DNA from: Candidatus Zhuqueibacterota bacterium
GTDB lineage: Bacteria > Zhuqueibacterota > Zhuqueibacteria > Thermofontimicrobiales > Thermofontimicrobiaceae
Length of the DNA stretch: 64,000 nt
Direction: 5' to 3'
Assembly: GCA_049322915.1 (NCBI GenBank)
Contig: JBMOPW010000034.1
Location: 584,567 to 648,566, forward strand
The translations under genes were made by a program, and so were the position numbers. Every line of letters begins with the position of its first letter. The first letter of the stretch is position 1. Of the stretch, positions 10,651-20,954 are shown in pieces. Under the pieces are notes generated by a model. The model searched no databases, had not been told where the DNA came from, and saw only the letters and a program-made list of their open reading frames with translations.

Positions 10651-13179
10651 TCAGCCTAATGTGACCTGCACTGTCCTCTCCAGATAGGGATTCATCGGCG
10701 CATCGTCGAAGGCAATTTTCAAATTGAATCGCTGCCCGACCTGAGCCACCATTTCCGCGCCGACAGCCTCTTTGATCTCCAGGCCGGATTGGAACGGCAC
10801 CTCATAAGTCTGACCCGCCTTTCCCTCGAAAATTATTTTCAGAACTGAATTCGACAATTCGTAATCAATGAGCCGCAGACCGCTGGTGCTATCACCTGGT
10901 TCCGGCGCTCTCAGCGGCAGGTTAAATTCGATTCCGGGGTGCGCCTGAATGGCGATATGCAATTCTTCGCGCAGTTCGCATTCGATGCTGCAATGGACAT
11001 CGTAGCGCGTGGCGTCCAGAGTGAACGGATGGTCGATTCCGTTGACCTGAACCGCTCTGACCCGGCTGGCCAATCCCAGCGCCGGCGAGAATTTGAATTG
11101 AAACAGGCCAGGGCCATTGTGTTTTATTCTCAATGAGATACCATCCGGCTTTTTCGAATAGTCCAGTTCAAAACAGCTATCCGCGCACCGGCAATTTTGC
11201 ACGTTCACGTCACTCCATTCGACGGGCAGATGCGGCGTGAATGACAGCGTCTTTCGCTGGGCGTTCGCATCAAGACCCAGCAGTCCGGTCATCACCGGCA
11301 ACACAATGCCGGTGGCGGAAAAAAGCTGGTGCGGCACGGACGCGGAAATCGGGCAGTAATACTCCCCGGACAGCAGTTCGGTCTGCCAGCCCAGCGCATT
11401 CAGCCAGGTCATGCGCGCATTGGCCATCAGATTCAGCCAGCCGTTGCAGGCGCGATGGTGCAGATATTCGGCTGTGGCGGCATAGCCGGTCGTGAACGGC
11501 CAGACGCTCCCGTTGTTGTAGCTGATGGGATCGTAATATTGGCTATGCTTCGAGACGCCGCGGATACCCCAATCCGTGCACATGGCGGAGCGGGCGAAGT
11601 CCTGCAAGGTGGCCCGAACGTCCGCTTCCGTGGTCAGGTTAAAAAAGAGCGGTAAGGCCTGCCACACTGTGGAGTCCGGATGTTTTTCGCCGTTTGTCAG
11701 CAGGGCAAAATTGAGCCGCTTTTCCTTCTCATCGATGAAATAAGATCGGAACGATTTCATGCCCCGTTCGAACAGGTCCGCAGCCTCCGCCACCAGTTCG
11801 GTTTCCTCAAAATAGTTTGCGAGCTCTCTCATGCACTGCAACGCCCGCAGCCATAAACTGGCCAGGTAGACATCCACGCGATTTTTTTTGAGCATCTCCC
11901 CCACTTCCATCGCAGCCAGCCCGGCGGCGCTGTTCTCCATCAATCCGTCGCTATCTTCATCGGCGCGGACGCAGAAGCGATATGCCTTTTTGATGGATTC
12001 CCAGCTCTCGATAAGGAGCGGATCGTCATTGGTCAAAGCAAAATAATCGTACATCGCCAGAATGTAATAGGCGGTCGTTTCCGCGTGATAAAATCCGTAG
12101 GGGTAATCCTCGAACCATCGGATGAACGCCGCGCTCTGAGTCAATTCGTGAAAGATCTTGCCATCCTCCCGTTGATGCTTCCGCCAGAGCGCCAGCGATT
12201 TTCGGATGCCCTCCAGGTCTCCCACGCGATTCATCGCCAGGGAATTGAGGAACGCGTCACCGCCGAAATACCAGGCAAATCCCGGCCGGTGCGTTTTTCC
12301 AGACACGCCATAGCCGGCAACCATTCCCTCGCCCAACTGCGGATTGTTCACCAGCCCCTTTGTCAGCGATACCTTGGCCCAGTCGAACGCCCTGTCCAGC
12401 ACCTGGGATGGAGTTGTCACGCGCGTTGTGCGGGTCAAGAAATCCTCGTAAAATTCCCGATGTTCCCGGTACAGTTCCGGGATCGAATTTTTAATATCAA
12501 TGTAAAACTGCACCGCCCTGTCCCTGCCCTCGACGCTGCCGGCGACGATGAGCGGGAAGAAATTCTCTTTCATCTCTGCCAGCGAAGGTCGGAGCACGAA
12601 CTGCATGGGACTGTCCGGCAATTGATGGCCGGGGGTCTCCGAAAGTCGCTCTGCCAGCGGCGAGCCGAAGACACCGGCGTAGGTGCGCGAGCCTTCGCCA
12701 AAATAGTAGGCCGGCAATTTTTCATCCCACAATGAATATTGTCCACCCAGACCGGCCGGCCACATGGGCGCCAGATTCGGCAAAAAGCTGACCCAGATTT
12801 CCAGCGGCACAAAGGCATCCACGTCGAACAGGATGACGACCCCGGGACTATCCAACGGCGCCAGCAGGTGCTGCTGAATCGTGAACAGGTCGTGCGAATA
12901 CATGATGGTGGTAATCTCAGGTCGCACCATGATTCGCCGGGCCATTTTCGCCGCTGGCACGGTGACGTGATACTGCGGGATGTGGACGGAAAAAGTCAAG
13001 TCCGAGAGAATTTTCATCGGGTACACCCACACTTCAAACACGCCGTTCTCCACACCTAAAATCGACGACTGCCGGCCCACGCTCTCGCAATAAGTTCCCG
13101 CCAAGACAGGGCGCGTCAATTGAATTTGACTGTCATAGATGGTGAATTTTTTGAGGGAATCTGAGGCTGCTACGTTCAT
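10651..13179 (-). CDS. (alpha/alpha)6 glycoside hydrolase, amylo-alpha-1,6-glucosidase/debranching-like
   Basis: RPGFAWYFGGD, GKIFHE, YDPISYNNGSVWPF and ELLSG motifs. Confidence 0.7.
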   Translation of the reverse strand: MNVAASDSLKKFTIYDSQIQLTRPVLAGTYCESVGRQSSILGVENGVFEVWVYPMKILSDLTFSVHIPQYHVTVPAAKMARRIMVRPEITTIMYSHDLFTIQQHLLAPLDSPGVVILFDVDAFVPLEIWVSFLPNLAPMWPAGLGGQYSLWDEKLPAYYFGEGSRTYAGVFGSPLAERLSETPGHQLPDSPMQFVLRPSLAEMKENFFPLIVAGSVEGRDRAVQFYIDIKNSIPELYREHREFYEDFLTRTTRVTTPSQVLDRAFDWAKVSLTKGLVNNPQLGEGMVAGYGVSGKTHRPGFAWYFGGDAFLNSLAMNRVGDLEGIRKSLALWRKHQREDGKIFHELTQSAAFIRWFEDYPYGFYHAETTAYYILAMYDYFALTNDDPLLIESWESIKKAYRFCVRADEDSDGLMENSAAGLAAMEVGEMLKKNRVDVYLASLWLRALQCMRELANYFEETELVAEAADLFERGMKSFRSYFIDEKEKRLNFALLTNGEKHPDSTVWQALPLFFNLTTEADVRATLQDFARSAMCTDWGIRGVSKHSQYYDPISYNNGSVWPFTTGYAATAEYLHHRACNGWLNLMANARMTWLNALGWQTELLSGEYYCPISASVPHQLFSATGIVLPVMTGLLGLDANAQRKTLSFTPHLPVEWSDVNVQNCRCADSCFELDYSKKPDGISLRIKHNGPGLFQFKFSPALGLASRVRAVQVNGIDHPFTLDATRYDVHCSIECELREELHIAIQAHPGIEFNLPLRAPEPGDSTSGLRLIDYELSNSVLKIIFEGKAGQTYEVPFQSGLEIKEAVGAEMVAQVGQRFNLKIAFDDAPMNPYLERTVQVTLG

Positions 13180-13421
13180 GAGAAATCCTTCCAAAAAGGG
13201 ATTGCGGTTTTTATGAAAATGTAATCGTTAGAATTTCGAAAGGGATGGCTCAGGGAAACGAACAATTCATTCGCACGGCAGGGAGAAGCCGGTCATTGTC
13301 CGCCCGAATGCTGTCGTCAATCCGCTGCAACCAGAGGGAGATGCCGGCAGGTTTCGTCCTGAGGCCTTTCCACGCACACCGCGGAGATGGCTCGTACATG
13401 GCCGGGTGTAAATTAATCGGC

Positions 13422-14051
13422 TCATTTCTGAATGCCAAAGGTGTATGTCCGGTTGATCCAAAAATCTGTGGGAGCGCTGCCACGTTTTGCCGGGATATAT
13501 CGGCTCTTCAGCGCCGCCTGCCTGGCGGATTCAGCGCATTTATCGCTGTCCGTGGTATTTTCGAGAATTATCACTTCATCGACTACGCCGGTTTCGGTGA
13601 TGTGAATGTGCAGTTTGACCAGACCCTGAATGCCTTTTTTTTGAAGCTCCTCCGAATATTCCGGGATCACCTCGTAAATGGGCCGCGGCTGAAAAACCGG
13701 TTCCGGCCGGGGCAAACTCACAGCGCCTCCCTGGGGCGACCCATCCGATGATCCGGGCATTTCGTAATTTATCTCAGTCTTTTCAATGGTTGTATCTTCT
13801 GATAATTTCGGATCTTGCGAGGGAATGGGAACTGCAGGCTGGATGGTCTGTTTTCGGTACGTCCCCTGCCGGGTGATTGGGATATCTTCGGCCACGATGG
13901 TTGTCGAAAATCCGGGCGCGTATTCCTTCTTCCTGGCCAATTTCATCGTTGGGAAAAAAAGCAACAGGATGATAACCAATCCCAGGCTGATTACAATGGC
14001 TTTTTCCATGTCGAGTCTGTAGTGAGATCGATACGAACTCCGAATCGTCAT
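13422..14051 (-). CDS. tonB: Energy transducer TonB family protein
   Basis: N-terminal TM anchor, Pro-rich linker, C-terminal PEYSEELQKKGIQGLVKLHIHITETGVV TonB_C pattern. Confidence 0.8.
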   Translation of the reverse strand: MTIRSSYRSHYRLDMEKAIVISLGLVIILLLFFPTMKLARKKEYAPGFSTTIVAEDIPITRQGTYRKQTIQPAVPIPSQDPKLSEDTTIEKTEINYEMPGSSDGSPQGGAVSLPRPEPVFQPRPIYEVIPEYSEELQKKGIQGLVKLHIHITETGVVDEVIILENTTDSDKCAESARQAALKSRYIPAKRGSAPTDFWINRTYTFGIQK

Positions 14052-14115
14052 AGATTATTTCCACGCCCCATTGGAATGACTCCGTGTCCCGGTGATAAAA
14101 CGGACCCGGCGATGA

Positions 14116-14901
14116 TTAAATGATTTCAAACAGGTTCAATTTCAACCAGCCAATTTTTCCGTCTGCCAGCCGAATCTTGGCCCATTGATTATTGAAAGCC
14201 TCGACCTTGATTTTCACGCCTTCGTGCAGAGAAAACAGGTCCGTGCCCTGCTCGTCCGGCGAGCCCATCACATCGACTTTTTTCTCCAGGACAATGGCGT
14301 ATCGCGACGATGTTTCATCGTGCAGGCGAATAAAAAACAGGGACGAAACAATGATCAGAACAACGACGATGATGGTTAAAGCAACGTTCAGGAACGAGTA
14401 CGCACCGGCGCCTCGGCTGAAAATTTTGAGGATGATCAGGACGGTCATAACAAAATAAAAACTGATGACATACCAGCCCAATGTTCCGACATTCCAGAGT
14501 TGGAGGCTCTTCAAAACCGGGACGATTTCGTCCAGCAAAAAGCGCGGCGGGGTCACGACTTTGTCCACGACTGTCAGGTTCGCCAATTCCAGATTGAACA
14601 ACAGATCTTCACTCTCCGGATTCATTCGCATGGCGCGCTCGTAATTCAGAATGGCGCGGCCATTTTGCCCGGTTTTGTAATAGGCATTGCCCAGGTTATA
14701 ATAGACCTGCCAACTCTCATAGCCATTTTTCAAAATTTCCTGGTACGCGGCAATGGCGTCAGAGAACTTTTTTTCTTCGAAAAATTTGTTGGCTGTCTCG
14801 AAGAGATGCTGATTGTGATCCGCGCGAGCCGTGGTATGCAGGGATAGCAATGTCAGGACAACGACGGTCAACGCAACGATGTATCGGGTAACAGCATGCA
14901 T
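14116..14901 (-). CDS. batE: BatE-like TPR/SH3 membrane protein
   Basis: YYNLGNAYYK, AILNYERA, two TM helices, C-terminal SH3 (LHEGVKI...GKIGW); last bat gene of the operon. Confidence 0.85.
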   Translation of the reverse strand: MHAVTRYIVALTVVVLTLLSLHTTARADHNQHLFETANKFFEEKKFSDAIAAYQEILKNGYESWQVYYNLGNAYYKTGQNGRAILNYERAMRMNPESEDLLFNLELANLTVVDKVVTPPRFLLDEIVPVLKSLQLWNVGTLGWYVISFYFVMTVLIILKIFSRGAGAYSFLNVALTIIVVVLIIVSSLFFIRLHDETSSRYAIVLEKKVDVMGSPDEQGTDLFSLHEGVKIKVEAFNNQWAKIRLADGKIGWLKLNLFEII

Positions 14902-14952
14902 GAAAATTTCAACCTCACAATAAATTATTCCAGACGCACTGTCCAACCAGTA

Positions 14953-16788
14953 TCAGATGACTCGCTCAAGCGCGATGATTGCATTTTTTGCTTCATCGAA
15001 AAATTTCTTCATCTCTTCCAGCTTTGCCGAAGACGGTGCAAATCGTTGATAATCGCACATCTGCAAACAAGACAGGTACTGGGAGATCACCTCCGCCGGG
15101 ATAGCGTGTTTCTTCATCAAACCTTCCACTTCATCGGTGATGATACCGGCCGCTGCGATATTGAATTTATCGCCTAAAAATCCCAGCAATGAATTGGCAA
15201 TTTCAGCATAAAACTCTTTCTGGGTCGTTTCGTGCAGCAGGCGTTTCCCCTTTGCCAGGCGTTTCATGGCCAACTGGTTGGCCCTGCGGCTGCGCGCATA
15301 GGCGACATTGGCATTGATCTTATCCAGATGGCGCTGATAGCCGAGAGACGAAAGAATCAAAACCACCGGCGCAAGCAGCACCAATACGAACAGGTAACTC
15401 CGATGGAATGCCCGTCCGATTTTTTTGAATTGCGGCGCGGCAGTTTGAATATAACGGATATCCTGACCCAGCAGCTTCACTTCCTCTTTGGATAATCCGG
15501 ACCCGACCGTGACAAATTCCTCGGCGCCCTGGGCCACATCGATGACCAATTCCGGCGTGCGAATGTACTGATAGGCTTTTTTCCCGACATCGAAATAGGA
15601 AAATGAGATCGGTTTGATTGTCTGTCTGCCGGGGTACCGCGGAATAAGCACATACTCGAACGTCTTGCTGCCGTTCACCCCGTTCTCGGTGCGATTGATG
15701 GACTCCGATTCTTTGGGAGGATATTTCTCAAAATCAGGCGGCACGTCCACAACCGGCGTGGGGATCATTTTCACATTGCCGCTTCCGCTGATAGTGACTT
15801 TCAGCGAAATGGCTTCATTGGTTTTGACGGTCTGTTTATCGATTTTTGCTGTGATATCAAAATCCCCGACCAGCCCGGAAAAATTAGACGGCTTTCCTTC
15901 ATCAGGCAAGGGCAGCACATCGATGGTGAGCGGGCGCGAGTTGACGACTTCTCTCACCGATCGGCCAAAAAACGGATCATCGAAAAAGCTATCGAAAATC
16001 GAACGACGACGGTTTTGCACCCGAACGCTGCATTCGATCTCCATCGGCGAAACGGATTTCTTGCCGGCGTCGGTGGGGAACATGGCCACCCGGCGTATTT
16101 CAGCAACAATGAATTTTTTACCTTTGTAAACCTCTTCGTACGTTTTGGGCTGATTGCCCAGAGGGAATTCCTCGACCCAGAAGCCGGAGGTGTTGGGTAG
16201 TTTGCTGATGCCATATTGGGTGACAGTGACGTTTGTGTAAATTTTATACGACAGGATGACCGGCTCGTTGACATACACGCGGCTCTTATTGGCAGTCACC
16301 TGCAGAAAAAGATTTTCGTCGCCGATCTGATTGTCGGACGGTGCGCCGGGCATGGTCTGCGCGCCAGGCTGTCTCGGTTGCTGGGGCGGCGTTGTAGACT
16401 GCACCACTTCCATCTGGATGGGACTGGAATGGAACTCCTGTCCTTTGTGGACAATGACTGCCGAAGGGATGGTGAACGTACCGATGGTGGTCGCCATGTA
16501 GGAAAAAGTCATGGATTTGGAGATGGACATTTTGCCGTTGATCAGTTGGATGTTTTGCGACGTGCCGGAACTGCCCAGACTCACTGCAAACGCGCTGAGA
16601 TCGGGGATTATCGGGTCTCCAACGCTGCTCACCCGATCGCCGGATATTTCGATGGTGAGTGTAAATTCCTGATTCACCCCCACGGCGGTTCTGTCCACAG
16701 TCGTGGTAATTTCAATTTCAGCCGCCAAAAGCGTGGCCCAGAGTCCGCTCACCAACATGAAAACAAGGATGTTCCTGATAAAATTCAT
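14953..16788 (-). CDS. batD: BatD family protein
   Basis: Signal peptide, repeated Ig-like BatD domains (NIQLING, FSGLVGDF, SGSGNVK), C-terminal TM helix. Confidence 0.85.
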   Translation of the reverse strand: MNFIRNILVFMLVSGLWATLLAAEIEITTTVDRTAVGVNQEFTLTIEISGDRVSSVGDPIIPDLSAFAVSLGSSGTSQNIQLINGKMSISKSMTFSYMATTIGTFTIPSAVIVHKGQEFHSSPIQMEVVQSTTPPQQPRQPGAQTMPGAPSDNQIGDENLFLQVTANKSRVYVNEPVILSYKIYTNVTVTQYGISKLPNTSGFWVEEFPLGNQPKTYEEVYKGKKFIVAEIRRVAMFPTDAGKKSVSPMEIECSVRVQNRRRSIFDSFFDDPFFGRSVREVVNSRPLTIDVLPLPDEGKPSNFSGLVGDFDITAKIDKQTVKTNEAISLKVTISGSGNVKMIPTPVVDVPPDFEKYPPKESESINRTENGVNGSKTFEYVLIPRYPGRQTIKPISFSYFDVGKKAYQYIRTPELVIDVAQGAEEFVTVGSGLSKEEVKLLGQDIRYIQTAAPQFKKIGRAFHRSYLFVLVLLAPVVLILSSLGYQRHLDKINANVAYARSRRANQLAMKRLAKGKRLLHETTQKEFYAEIANSLLGFLGDKFNIAAAGIITDEVEGLMKKHAIPAEVISQYLSCLQMCDYQRFAPSSAKLEEMKKFFDEAKNAIIALERVI

Positions 16789-16825
16789 TCCGGCCTTTCT
16801 TTGAACTCGACGTTTTGGAATCATG

Positions 16826-17584
16826 TCACCAGTCCTTAACCACACGAACACGTGCGCCCTTCTGGGCCTTTTGTTCTTTCTGCAAATCTTTGTCATCTTT
16901 ATTCAATGCATTTAAAATTCGTTCCGCTTCCTCTTTGCTCATTTCCTCGGCCTTCTTTTCCTGGCCCTGCTGTTGTTGCTGCTCCTGCTGTTCCTGTTGC
17001 TCTTGCTGGTCTTGCTGTCCGGATTGTTCCTGCTTATCCTGCTCCTGCTGATTCTGCTCATCCTTTTTTTCATCCTGCTGTTGTTGCTGTTGTTGATCCG
17101 ATTGTTGCTGTTGCTGCTGCTGCTGTTGCTGCGGTTGTTGCTGCTGTTTCTCCGCCTGCTCTTTGAGCTTGGCTCGAACAAATTCCAGATTGTATTTTGC
17201 GTCTTCATCCATGGGATTCAATCGCAGCGCTTCGGTGTAGGCCAAAATGCTCTTCGGCAGATCGCCCATCCGATAGAACGAATTTCCCATATTGTAATAA
17301 CTCTTGGACTGGGTCAATATCTCATCGGAAGACAGACTCTTTTCAAAATCCTTCAACGCCTCTTCATAATTTTTCTTTTGGTATTGTGTGTCGCCGACAT
17401 TGAAATGGATGAGCGGATTTTCAGGATTGTCCACCAGGGCGTCCCGATACTTGTTGTTGGCCTCGTCGTATTTTTTCTCTTCGTAAAATTTATTGCCCTG
17501 GGCGACCTGTCGCCGGCCGGATTGGGCAAAGAGCAACGCCGGACCGAGGCATAGCATTACAACCAGGATCAAACCACGTTTCAT
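16826..17584 (-). CDS. batC: BatC-like TPR protein with poly-Q linker
   Basis: TPR repeats (YYNMGNSFY, DAKYNLE), Q-rich tract, MSKEEAERILNAL and terminal KDW. Confidence 0.85.
   Translation of the reverse strand: MKRGLILVVMLCLGPALLFAQSGRRQVAQGNKFYEEKKYDEANNKYRDALVDNPENPLIHFNVGDTQYQKKNYEEALKDFEKSLSSDEILTQSKSYYNMGNSFYRMGDLPKSILAYTEALRLNPMDEDAKYNLEFVRAKLKEQAEKQQQQPQQQQQQQQQQSDQQQQQQQDEKKDEQNQQEQDKQEQSGQQDQQEQQEQQEQQQQQGQEKKAEEMSKEEAERILNALNKDDKDLQKEQKAQKGARVRVVKDW
16967..17148. repeat. CAG/CAA trinucleotide-rich low-complexity tract encoding the poly-Gln linker of BatC
   Basis: Runs of ctg/ttg on the plus strand; translates as QQQQPQQQQQQQQQQSDQQQQQQQ... Confidence 0.85.
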
Positions 17585-17585
17585 G

Positions 17586-18614
17586 TTAAAACCTCCCGCG
17601 CCATTCTTGTTTAACTTTTTTTCGCTCCGGGATGAACAGCTCGACGATCAGCAGCGCCAGAGCCACAATGAGCACATATTGAAACCGATCTTCATACTGC
17701 GAGAATTTGAGCGATGCCAGTTCCTTCTTTTCCATCCTGGAAATATCTTCGTAAATTTTAGTCAATTCGCTCTCACTGCCCGTGGCTCTAAAATACTTTC
17801 CACCGGTCTGCAGCGCAATTTTTTCCAGCGTCAGTTCGTCGAGCTTGCTGGTCACGATATGACCCTCCTGATCTTTCTTGTGGCCCAGGTTCATTCCGGA
17901 TTCATTGTACATCGGAATGGGATCACCTTCGATTGTGCCAATGCCCACGGTGTAAATGACGACGCCTTCTTTCTCGGCAATTTCTGCTGCTTTCAAAGGC
18001 TCGCCTTCATGGTCCTCGCCATCGGTAATCAGAATGAGCACTTTATATTTTCGCTCCCGGGACTCAAAAGTTTCAACCGCTTTCAAAATGGCCAGGCCGA
18101 TAGCCGTTCCCGGCGTTGGTATCAAATCGGTATCCATAATATCGAGAAACATGGTTGCCGCACCGTAATCCAGCGTGAGCGGACATTGCACAAACGCTGT
18201 GCCGGCAAAGGCGATAATTCCCACCCGATCGCCTTCCATCAGGTCAATGACCTTGTGGACGGCATGTTTCGCCTTTTCCAACCGATTGGGTTTGATATCC
18301 TCAGCCTTCATGGAAAGCGATACATCCATGGCAATGAGAATATCCACACCCTCGCGGTGCACCTGCTCCAGCTTTGTGCCGATCTGCGGCTTGGCCAGCG
18401 CCAGAATTAGAAACAGCAATGCACTCAGCAGCAGGATGATTTTTACAATACGTCTCTTCTGGCTGATGGAATAGGACAGGCGTTTCAGCAAATCCAGATT
18501 TCCGAAGCGCGCCATGGCGCGTTTCTTCCACCGAAACACAGACATATAAAACAGGATGAGCAGTGGGATCAGCCACAATAAATGCAACAAGGCAAAATTA
18601 TCGAACCGAAGCAT
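17586..18614 (-). CDS. batB: BatB VWA-domain protein
   Basis: MIDAS DVSLSM, PLTLDY, LITDGEDH; N- and C-terminal TM helices. Confidence 0.88.
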   Translation of the reverse strand: MLRFDNFALLHLLWLIPLLILFYMSVFRWKKRAMARFGNLDLLKRLSYSISQKRRIVKIILLLSALLFLILALAKPQIGTKLEQVHREGVDILIAMDVSLSMKAEDIKPNRLEKAKHAVHKVIDLMEGDRVGIIAFAGTAFVQCPLTLDYGAATMFLDIMDTDLIPTPGTAIGLAILKAVETFESRERKYKVLILITDGEDHEGEPLKAAEIAEKEGVVIYTVGIGTIEGDPIPMYNESGMNLGHKKDQEGHIVTSKLDELTLEKIALQTGGKYFRATGSESELTKIYEDISRMEKKELASLKFSQYEDRFQYVLIVALALLIVELFIPERKKVKQEWRGRF

Positions 18615-18746
18615 AGTAGATAAACCATTCCTTTATATTTTTCTAACAGTATCCGTTCAGCGCGTGAACTGCGGCAACGTTTTCTCCGCCCATTTTTCTT
18701 CGATTAATTCGTCAGAAAAACATGTCGCGGGATTCTTTCCCCGGCA

Positions 18747-19748
18747 TCAGGGTATCTTTCTGAATCGCGTATTGGCAAGCACAATCTCAATCAGAATAAT
18801 GGCGAACGCTGCTACGGCGAGGTTGACAAACAATTCGTGATAGCGGGTAAATTGCTTCACTTCAATTTTTGTCTTTTCGAGCTCGCCAATTTCACGATAT
18901 ATCTGTTGCAGGCTTTCCTTATCCGTGGCACGATAGTATTTCCCCCCAGTGATGCCAGCAATTTGCTGCAAAATATCTTCGTCGATATCGACTTTGCGGG
19001 GGATGTATCGCCGACCCAAAAACGGGTCATCGTACGGGAAAAGCGCTTCTCCCCGCTTGCCGGCGCCCACGGTGTAAATTCTCACCTTCATGGCTTTGGC
19101 AATCTGAGCGGCCGTGAGCGGATCCAACTCGCCGCGGTTATTTCGGCCGTCGGTCAGCAGAATGACCACCTTGCTCTTGGCCTTGCTGGAGCGCAGCCGA
19201 TTGACGCTGTTGGCGATTGCCAAACCAATAGCGGTCCCGTCTTCGATCATATTGACATGCAGCTTTTCAAGAAAGCTGAGCAGAATCCCATAGTCCAGCG
19301 TCAGAGGACACTGGGTGAAACTTTTCCCGGCGAAAACGACCATGCCGATGCGATCGTTGGTTCGTTCCTTGATGAAATTCGCTGCCACCTCTTTGGTCAC
19401 GTCAATTCGGTTTTTATGCTGGGCCAGATCTTCCGCCAACATACTGGTCGAAGTATCCATGGCGAGAATGATATCGATCCCCTCGGTGATAATTTTCTCC
19501 TCTTTTGTGCCGGACTGAGGTCGCGCAAACGCAACAATGAGCAGCGTAATGGCGATCAGACGAAGGGCGAACAAGACATGCCGGTATTTTTTCGAGGGCG
19601 ATTTATTGACATTTTTGATGATGCCCAGGTTGGAAAACCGCACGGTTCCGCTGGCCTTCCTGTTGCGCCGAATGTACCAGAGAATCAGGAAGGGAATGAC
19701 GAGCAGCAACACGAAAAATTCAGGATTCACGAATCGAATCATGCTCAC
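18747..19748 (-). CDS. batA: BatA VWA-domain protein
   Basis: LAMDTSTSMLAED, DGTAIG, LLTDGRNNRG, TGGKYYRA. Confidence 0.9.
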   Translation of the reverse strand: MSMIRFVNPEFFVLLLVIPFLILWYIRRNRKASGTVRFSNLGIIKNVNKSPSKKYRHVLFALRLIAITLLIVAFARPQSGTKEEKIITEGIDIILAMDTSTSMLAEDLAQHKNRIDVTKEVAANFIKERTNDRIGMVVFAGKSFTQCPLTLDYGILLSFLEKLHVNMIEDGTAIGLAIANSVNRLRSSKAKSKVVILLTDGRNNRGELDPLTAAQIAKAMKVRIYTVGAGKRGEALFPYDDPFLGRRYIPRKVDIDEDILQQIAGITGGKYYRATDKESLQQIYREIGELEKTKIEVKQFTRYHELFVNLAVAAFAIILIEIVLANTRFRKIP

Positions 19749-20800
19749 GCCACCTCCTTTCCGGCCGGGGTACTTTCCTGCCCGGCGTCTACCGGCGCTG
19801 TCGGTTCCGCGGGAACTGCGCCAGGCGCCTCCTGCTTAATCTCCTCACTGACGAGGGCTATCTTCGTCTTTTCCACAATGTCAAACGCCTGCTGAATGAC
19901 CATTTCCGTTTCCTGTTCCTCCGGAAAGTATTTGGCAAATTTCACCAGATCGCACTGCACCAGAAAATTTTCCAGGAGCAGAGTTGTTTCGTGGTCGATA
20001 TCAGCCTGGTTCATGGCATCGATCAACTGCGGTGTCGTCATTTCAATGGCGAAGATATAGTAGCGGTCGCCGATGTATCGGCGGATGATTTCGGAAATGG
20101 AAATGTAAAATTGCTTCACCTCGCCCCGCGCCAGCAGATCGCTGCCAACCAGCGCATTCAACTCCTCCAGCGCAATCTCATGCGGCGGTCGTTTGGGCTT
20201 TTCCTTTCTGGGAATGATCGATTTCCCCTCCTTCCAGCGACGATAATAGATGTAGGCAAGAATGAAGATGAGAAGAATCAATAACCCTGCCAGCGCAATA
20301 CGAATGATCTGCCACCAGTCGCGCGGAATTTCCAGAGGATTTTTGATGTCGCGAATATCGCCGGCTTCGCTCGGCTTCACGCTCTCCACAGTGATCGTAA
20401 TTTTCTCTGTCGATAATTCGTGCAACGCCGTATCGGTTCCGACTGAGTAAAAAATTCGCACCGGCGGAATTTCGTACTCTCCAATATCATAGGTCGAAAT
20501 GGTATATTCGCGTTTCTGAAGCACCTGGCCGTTGATTTTCTGCTCGGCAGGATCCACGTAGTCCCGAATTTCAAACGCGCCGAGGCTCGCGCCCAGTTCA
20601 GGCATCTGCACGTTCACATTTTTATCGCGCGAAATGATGATGGAAAACCGAACCAGGTCGCCGATCTTGATTTTATTTTTATCGACCTTCGCTTCCAGTG
20701 AAATGCTGCCATCCTCAGGCAATGCCGTTCCGACCAAAATCCACATCATGGCGATTGCACAGACCAAGGGATAAAATAGTGTCCTTCGTTTAAATCGCAT
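19745..20800 (-). CDS. Bat-operon membrane protein (Ig-like domain, TM helix, helical C-terminus)
   Basis: Signal peptide, IKIGD, DIRDIK, one TM helix, PPHEIAL, AIEMTT, DLVKFAK; immediately upstream of batA. Confidence 0.75.
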   Translation of the reverse strand: MRFKRRTLFYPLVCAIAMMWILVGTALPEDGSISLEAKVDKNKIKIGDLVRFSIIISRDKNVNVQMPELGASLGAFEIRDYVDPAEQKINGQVLQKREYTISTYDIGEYEIPPVRIFYSVGTDTALHELSTEKITITVESVKPSEAGDIRDIKNPLEIPRDWWQIIRIALAGLLILLIFILAYIYYRRWKEGKSIIPRKEKPKRPPHEIALEELNALVGSDLLARGEVKQFYISISEIIRRYIGDRYYIFAIEMTTPQLIDAMNQADIDHETTLLLENFLVQCDLVKFAKYFPEEQETEMVIQQAFDIVEKTKIALVSEEIKQEAPGAVPAEPTAPVDAGQESTPAGKEVA

Positions 20801-20954
20801 TCGTAAAAACCCCGAAAAAATATTCAGTTGTGTCTCAATCATTCTGTCCGATTCGGCGCTCTGCCAAGCCGAGGTGAATGCGGTTTCCGGCGCGACCTGA
20901 AAGTCGCACGAATTCCGCATTCCCAACTGCCGGACGCCACGCAGGCGAGCGCAG

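Noticed and set aside
7055..13179. tRNA-anchored genomic island
   Set aside because: The hydrolase genes lie 5' of the tRNA; no integrase or duplicated tRNA 3' end was seen.
16973..17554. Poly-Leu ORF resembling a membrane or signal protein
   Set aside because: It is the reverse complement of the BatC poly-Gln tract.
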